Part shown: piece by piece, positions 58,574-64,000 of the stretch
Layout: each line of letters starts with the position of its first letter
Numbering within the stretch: the first letter of the stretch is position 1
DNA from: an uncultured delta proteobacterium
Lineage (GTDB): Bacteria > Desulfobacterota > RBG-13-43-22
Assembly: GCA_963843145.1 (NCBI GenBank)
Contig: CAWJJC010000011.1
Span: forward strand, 17,793-81,792
Length of the DNA stretch: 64,000 bases
Direction of reading: 5' to 3'
Made by a program: the position numbers and the translations under genes
The notes under the pieces: generated by a model
Told to the model about the DNA's origin: nothing
Database searches by the model: none
Seen by the model: the letters and a program-made list of their open reading frames with translations, nothing else

Positions 58574-59451
58574 ACCTCGCGCCTCCGCCCCGCACCGAAG
58601 AGGCCGCTCGGTTTAAAAATCAAAACGACGATCAGCAAGGTAAAGACAATGGTGTCGGCGAATTGAGAGGAAATCAGTCCAATGGTATAGGCTTCCACGA
58701 TCCCCAGCAGGAATCCGGCCGCTACGGCTCCGGCGATGCTGGCCAGGCCGCCGATGGACATGGCGATGAATCCTTTGACCATGGGCATGATGCCGCTGCC
58801 GTACTGCATGAACAGCAGCGGGGCGACGGCCATCCCCGTCAGCGCCCCGATTCCCGAGCCCCAGGCCCAGGAAAAGACCGCGGCCTTCGCCGGGCTGATG
58901 CCCATCAGGCTGGCCGCCAGCCTGTTTTCCGCACAGGCCCGCAGGGCGATGCCCAGGGTCGTTTTTTCGAAAAAGGCCCAAACGATCAGCAAGACAGCAC
59001 CCGTGAGGCCTATGATCCAGAGGACCTGGAGCTGGAGGGTGGCCCCCAGCACTTGCAGGGGGCGCCCGCTGGAAAACGAGGGGAGGATATGGGATTCCTT
59101 TCCCCAGATCAGCAGTGCCAGTCCCTTCAGGGCCAGGGAGATGGCAATGGTCATCACAATCAGATTACCCACCGAGGCATCCCGCAGTGGTCGGATCAGC
59201 AGACGCTCGATCACCGCCCCCAGGAGCGCGGCGATGAGGACCGAGAGTCCGAACGCCAGGGGCCAAGGCAGACCCTTGGACACCAGGGTAACCATAGTCA
59301 GGGCCCCGACGACAAAAAATTCTCCCTGGGCGAAGCAGATGACCAGCGAGACTTTATAGACGATAACCAGGCTGACCGCCATCAAGGCATAGATACTGCC
59401 TGAGGTCAGACCGCTGAATAAAAATTGAATCAGGTAGGAATAATCGCCCAT
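58570..59451 (-). CDS. livH: branched-chain-type ABC permease
   Basis: GLTSGSIYAL, FAQGEF, KPSGLFG. Confidence 0.9.
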   Translation of the reverse strand: MGDYSYLIQFLFSGLTSGSIYALMAVSLVIVYKVSLVICFAQGEFFVVGALTMVTLVSKGLPWPLAFGLSVLIAALLGAVIERLLIRPLRDASVGNLIVMTIAISLALKGLALLIWGKESHILPSFSSGRPLQVLGATLQLQVLWIIGLTGAVLLIVWAFFEKTTLGIALRACAENRLAASLMGISPAKAAVFSWAWGSGIGALTGMAVAPLLFMQYGSGIMPMVKGFIAMSIGGLASIAGAVAAGFLLGIVEAYTIGLISSQFADTIVFTLLIVVLIFKPSGLFGAGRRREV

Positions 59452-59543
59452 GGAGTAAACCCGGATTAAAGGCCCCCAGAATCCTTAAGGCGCCCGGCCG
59501 AATAGAGGGGCAAGCGCTGATCCGGCCGGGGGTCGGCATCAGC

Positions 59544-60695
59544 TTAATCGAGCAAATGCCACTTGCCGTCCTTGATGGTCAAGAGGATCATATTCTCCAT
59601 GGTGGTCCCGTGGTGATCCTGCGGAGACATATTGTAAACCCCGTTGCAGCCCGGAAAATTTTTAATGCCCTCGATGGCGTCCCGCAGTTTGGCATGATCG
59701 TCGGATTTGGCCAGGCGCAGCCCCTCGGCCGTCAGGGCGACAGCGTCCGCCTGCTGGCCCGAGAAGTAGTTGGCCGGTTCTCCGAATTTCTTCTGGTATT
59801 CTCGGGCAAAATCAACGACTACCTTTTTAACGGGATCATTATCGGCCAGGGATTCGGGGGCCATGATTTTACCGGAAGGCACAATGACGTTGGTCGGAAC
59901 CTGGGATACCAGCTTCAGGAATCCAGGGCTGGCGTTGCCATGACTGACCACCAGCGGCATCTTCATGCCCATTTGAGCCATATTTCTCGCCACCAAAGCA
60001 GCCGGCTCCCCGGTGCAGAAGGACATGACGGCCTGGGGATTAAGACTGCGCAATTTGGCCAACTGGGGCGTTACGTCCGCCGCCTTGACGTCGAATTTTT
60101 CCTCCCCGATGATTTTGATTTTGTAGGTAGCGGCATATTTCCGGGCAACGCTCGAACCGAGTTCCCCCAGGGGGCCGATCGGCATCAACAGCGCCACCTG
60201 GCTGATTCCCTTCTTTTGGAAATACATCATCGGTCGGGAGATGGCGAAGTCGGTCCGATGGGCATTGTTGAACACATACACATCGTTCTCTTTCACCGTG
60301 TACCCCGACTGCACGATGGCCGGAACCTTGAACTTGTTGGCTACGGAGGCGACCGCGCCGGAAATGGGCGTGGTCCCGGTCCCCTGCAGGGCGACCACGT
60401 TGTCCTTGGAAATCAGGCGTTGAGCCATCCGGGTGGCGTTTTCCGGTGTGGATTGGTCATCGTAAATGATCAGCTCCAGGGGATGGCCGTTGACCCCCCC
60501 GGCCTTGTTGATCAATTCCACTTTAAGTTCGGCCCCTTTTTTCATGTACTCGCCCAACCAGGAAAGGTAGCCGGTCAGGGGAATGATGGCCCCGATCTTG
60601 TAGGGGGCGTTGCCCTGAGCCCAGAGCGCCGAGGGCGCCGCCGTGGAAAACAGGAAACCGGTGATGAGCAGCACTGCCAAAATCTTCGTTTTCAT
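59544..60695 (-). CDS. ABC transporter substrate-binding protein (LivK type)
   Basis: Signal peptide, PLTG, INKAGGVNG, YDDQSTP. Confidence 0.9.
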   Translation of the reverse strand: MKTKILAVLLITGFLFSTAAPSALWAQGNAPYKIGAIIPLTGYLSWLGEYMKKGAELKVELINKAGGVNGHPLELIIYDDQSTPENATRMAQRLISKDNVVALQGTGTTPISGAVASVANKFKVPAIVQSGYTVKENDVYVFNNAHRTDFAISRPMMYFQKKGISQVALLMPIGPLGELGSSVARKYAATYKIKIIGEEKFDVKAADVTPQLAKLRSLNPQAVMSFCTGEPAALVARNMAQMGMKMPLVVSHGNASPGFLKLVSQVPTNVIVPSGKIMAPESLADNDPVKKVVVDFAREYQKKFGEPANYFSGQQADAVALTAEGLRLAKSDDHAKLRDAIEGIKNFPGCNGVYNMSPQDHHGTTMENMILLTIKDGKWHLLD

Positions 60696-60736
60696 GGGTT
60701 ACCTCCTGGTGGGTTTAGGTTTTAAACGTCAGGGTG

Positions 60737-62242
60737 TCAGCTCGGCTTTTTGGTGAGCAGATCCTCTTTTAATTTTCTTTTCAATAGCTTTCCGGCCGGA
60801 CTCTTGGGAAGCTCTTCGACGATCACGAAATCCTTGGGAACTTTAAAGGGGGACAGCCGTTTTTTTATATAGGACTTCACGGCCTCCGGAACCAGGGACT
60901 CCCCGGGCTTCGGTACGATAAAGGCCATCACCCGCTCGCCCCACTCTTTATCCGGGACCCCGATAACGGCGCATTCCTGGATCCCGCTATGGGTGTAGAG
61001 GATCTCTTCCACCTCCCGGGGATAAACATTCTCGCCCCCGGTGATGATCATATCTTTAAGCCGGTCCACCAGGGTAAGGTATCCCCTTTCATCCAGGACC
61101 CCGATATCCCCGGACCGAAACCAGTCCTCCGGCCAGAAGTCGGCGGCCGTTCCTTCCGGGTTATGCAGGTAACCGGTCATGATGTTGCGGCCGCGAATGC
61201 AGATTTCGCCTTCCCGACCCGCTTCCAACGGCCGGCCTTCCGGATCCCGGATCTGCACCTCCACCCCCGGGACGGTTTCCCCGATCGACCCGATCCGGTG
61301 CTCTCGAAAGTGGTTATAGGTGACGGCCGAAGCCGACTCCGTCAGTCCGTAGCCTTCATATATGGTCAGCCCGGTTCGCTGGCTCCATTCCCGTACGGTC
61401 TCGGCGGCCAGGGAAGCGGCGGCGGAGAAACAGTAGCGGACCTTGCCCATTCTTTCCGACAGGCGGTCCAGGGCCAGCAGACGAATATAGATGGTCGGCA
61501 CCGCAAAAAACTTGGTGATCCGCCCCGAGCCCAGGATATGCAGGACCCGGTCCAGGTCGAAGGCCGGCAGCAGTTCCAGACAGCCGCCGCTGAATACCGT
61601 GGCGTTCATGATATGCATTTGCCCGAAGACATGATTAAAAGGCAGAAAACAGAGGGCCCGGTCCCATTCCGTAGCGCGTTCGCAATAGGTGACGTTGAGA
61701 CTGGAAACGGCAATGTTCTCGTGGCTTAAACAGACCCCTTTGGGAATTCCGGTGGTGCCTCCGGTAAATAAAACGGCGGCGGTGTCCGAACGGTTTCTCT
61801 CCAGGGCCTGATACGATTCCCGGCCCCGATCCAAAAGGTCGGCATATTCCAGATCTCCCTGAGGGGCGATGACGGCCTCGATCACTCCGGCGGCTTTCAA
61901 GTCGGCCAAAGGCGCTAATTTGTCCGGAGTGGTGAAGAGAAAGCGAGGGCGGGCGAATCGGACCAGGGGAATGAATTCTTCCGGGGGGAGCAGGGCGGAG
62001 AAGGTGACGGCCACCGCCCCGGCCTTGAGCACTCCGAAGTAGAAAGCCAGCCATTCGGTTGAGTTGGGCGCGCAGAGGCCGACAAAGTCGCCGGGCCGAA
62101 GGCCTGACAGACTCAAGGCAGCGGCGATCCGGCTAGCCTGGCCGTTCAGTTCCTGGTAGGTTATATCTCGACCTTCGGCTCGAACGGCCGGCCGGTCGGG
62201 GAAAAAGAAAGCGGAACGTTCAAGGTGCCTGGCAATATTCAT
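60737..62242 (-). CDS. acyl-CoA synthetase (AMP-forming), paralog of 45793-47292
   Basis: FTGGTTGIPKG, YGLTE, RSGD, PKSPAGK. Confidence 0.94.
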   Translation of the reverse strand: MNIARHLERSAFFFPDRPAVRAEGRDITYQELNGQASRIAAALSLSGLRPGDFVGLCAPNSTEWLAFYFGVLKAGAVAVTFSALLPPEEFIPLVRFARPRFLFTTPDKLAPLADLKAAGVIEAVIAPQGDLEYADLLDRGRESYQALERNRSDTAAVLFTGGTTGIPKGVCLSHENIAVSSLNVTYCERATEWDRALCFLPFNHVFGQMHIMNATVFSGGCLELLPAFDLDRVLHILGSGRITKFFAVPTIYIRLLALDRLSERMGKVRYCFSAAASLAAETVREWSQRTGLTIYEGYGLTESASAVTYNHFREHRIGSIGETVPGVEVQIRDPEGRPLEAGREGEICIRGRNIMTGYLHNPEGTAADFWPEDWFRSGDIGVLDERGYLTLVDRLKDMIITGGENVYPREVEEILYTHSGIQECAVIGVPDKEWGERVMAFIVPKPGESLVPEAVKSYIKKRLSPFKVPKDFVIVEELPKSPAGKLLKRKLKEDLLTKKPS

Positions 62243-62374
62243 TTGGGTTCTAATTCGGAGACGTCAGAAACTGGAACTGAATGGATCAATGGTCTAATAT
62301 TAATAGCCAAAAAATAATTCTGTCAACAAAAATTTTTCATTGAAAAATTTTTATATATTTCATAGGGTAAGCAA

Positions 62375-63118
62375 ATGAAGGAAGGAAAGCCCATGTCCCG
62401 ATTTAAGCCGATTCGCCCGGTCCGGGTTTCCGACGAGGTTTTCGAACAGCTCAAGCAGTCCATTCTGCTGGGCCATTTTAAGGCCGGCGAGCGTCTGCCG
62501 AGCGAACGCGATCTGGCCGAGGAATTTCAGGTCAGCCGGGTGGCCATTCGGGAAGCCCTGCGCAACCTCGAAAATACCGGGTTTGTCAGTACGCGCCAGG
62601 GGGCTACCGGCGGGGCCTTCATTACGGAGCTGACCTTCGATCATCTGGCCAAGTCCTTCATGGATCTGTTCCTGGCCGAAAAGATTTCCATCCCGGAGTG
62701 GTATCAGGTCCGACTCCTGATCGAGCCCGAGATGGCCCGGATGGCGGCCCAACATATCGACCCCCTGTTTGCTCAGCGATTGCAGGAGGCCCTGGAGGCC
62801 GAAGAACAGCCGATCCTCTCCTTGGAGGAAGACTTCGAAAGGAAAACCGCCGTCCATTTTATTTTGGCCGAAATGTGCGGGAACCGATTTATTGAGGCCC
62901 TGGTCCGTTCTTTAATGGAGCTGACCCATCGCGTGGTAGACGCCGGCGACCCGGATTTCCACTTTATTCATCCGGCTGGAATGCACCGGCCGATTGTCGA
63001 GGCCGTGCTGACGGGCAACCCCCAAAAGGCCGCCCAGGCGATGAAAAAACACGCCATCGAGTTCGGCAAGATCCTGATCGTCCGGGAGCAGACCTTTCGC
63101 CGGAAGCAATCACCATAA
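62375..63118 (+). CDS. GntR/FadR family transcriptional regulator
   Basis: GERLPSERDLAEEFQVSRVAIREAL HTH plus FCD domain. Confidence 0.94.
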   Translation: MKEGKPMSRFKPIRPVRVSDEVFEQLKQSILLGHFKAGERLPSERDLAEEFQVSRVAIREALRNLENTGFVSTRQGATGGAFITELTFDHLAKSFMDLFLAEKISIPEWYQVRLLIEPEMARMAAQHIDPLFAQRLQEALEAEEQPILSLEEDFERKTAVHFILAEMCGNRFIEALVRSLMELTHRVVDAGDPDFHFIHPAGMHRPIVEAVLTGNPQKAAQAMKKHAIEFGKILIVREQTFRRKQSP

Positions 63119-63353
63119 GTAATCTATTTTAATAGAAAATCGATAAGTGGAATTTTATCCCGGGATTTGGCTGGGACAAAAAATTATCCTGTCCATCCTG
63201 TAAATCCTGTCCAATTTAATTTTTTATGGAGATCGGCTGAGTGGATTGGGAAGGAGGCGAGAGGTCGGGGGGGGGATCCTGGAGATTTTGCCGATTTCGT
63301 CCTTAAGGAAAAATCGGGGCTAAGAGATACTAAAGGCTGTTGATGGCTGGGGA

Positions 63354-64000
63354 TTGAAAAATAAACGATCTTTAATCTTATTTATAGTTTTCCTTGTCTT
63401 GGCGCTGGTCTATTTTTCTACACCGGTTTTAAGCGGTTTGGGACGTTTTCTATCTCCCCAAGGGGCTGGAAAGGCTGAGGCGGTGGTAGTGGAAGGGTTT
63501 CAGATGGCCCAGGATGGGATGATGGAAGCCGCACTGGCGCTCATCCAGGAAGGCCGGGCCAAGCAGATCATCATCATAATCCAAGGGTATCCTCAAAAAG
63601 AGCGACTCTTCGCCATCCAGGAACACTACCCGGACCGCCTCGGAGAAGAATTGGAACAACGGGGGCTAACAAAGGACCAATACCGGATTTGGGTAGTCCC
63701 GGTTAACGATCACCCCATGACCCTGACCGAAGCCCGATCCGTGGTGCCCCGGCTTGCTCAGGCCGGCATCCGTCGGGCCTTTCTGCTCTGCCGCGGCTTC
63801 CATACCCGGCGCAGCCTGCTCGTCTATCGAAACCAGGGGAATGCTTTGGGGGTCCGGTTCATCCCCTACTCCTACTTCCCTTCCTACAATCAGGACACCT
63901 GGTGGAAGGATACGGAAGGCATTAAAGACTTCGCCTCGCAGACCTTAAAATTGGGATATTATGCAGGCAAGGGTTATATTCCCATCTCCTCGCTTTTCAA
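63354..64000 (+). CDS. YdcF/DUF218-like protein (runs off window)
   Basis: Manual translation from TTG: N-terminal TM helix, AEAVVVEG, TLTEA, FHTRRS, WWKDTEG. Confidence 0.7.
   Translation, partial: MKNKRSLILFIVFLVLALVYFSTPVLSGLGRFLSPQGAGKAEAVVVEGFQMAQDGMMEAALALIQEGRAKQIIIIIQGYPQKERLFAIQEHYPDRLGEELEQRGLTKDQYRIWVVPVNDHPMTLTEARSVVPRLAQAGIRRAFLLCRGFHTRRSLLVYRNQGNALGVRFIPYSYFPSYNQDTWWKDTEGIKDFASQTLKLGYYAGKGYIPISSLF

Overview
64-kb bacterial window whose gene content suggests an anaerobic Desulfobacterota/Syntrophobacterales-like organism (inference). Positions 1-12 kb are an accessory zone. It holds a vapBC pair and an integrase-less array of degenerate attC sites whose cassettes encode Abi-alpha-like, HNH and HEPN proteins and alternate with ORF-less cassettes. 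It also holds acetyltransferase and cupin cassettes, many gene remnants and an alkyl sulfatase. At 12-13.8 kb, a class III (FldA/CaiB-like) CoA-transferase sits under a Phe-rich leader peptide and attenuator that the ORF track missed. Positions 15-63 kb are mostly a minus-strand organic/aromatic acid catabolic region. It has four Liv-type ABC systems, an HcrA-like molybdoenzyme operon with CoA ligase, crotonase, MBL hydrolase and OYE reductase, two corrinoid/URO-D-type methyltransferase modules with a pterin-binding methyltransferase, and TetR and FadR regulators. A ~310-bp nested-palindrome repeat occurs twice, with its core inverted relative to its shell between the copies. No rRNA, complete tRNA, CRISPR array or integrase was found. 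All family calls come from motif recognition by eye; no database search was run.
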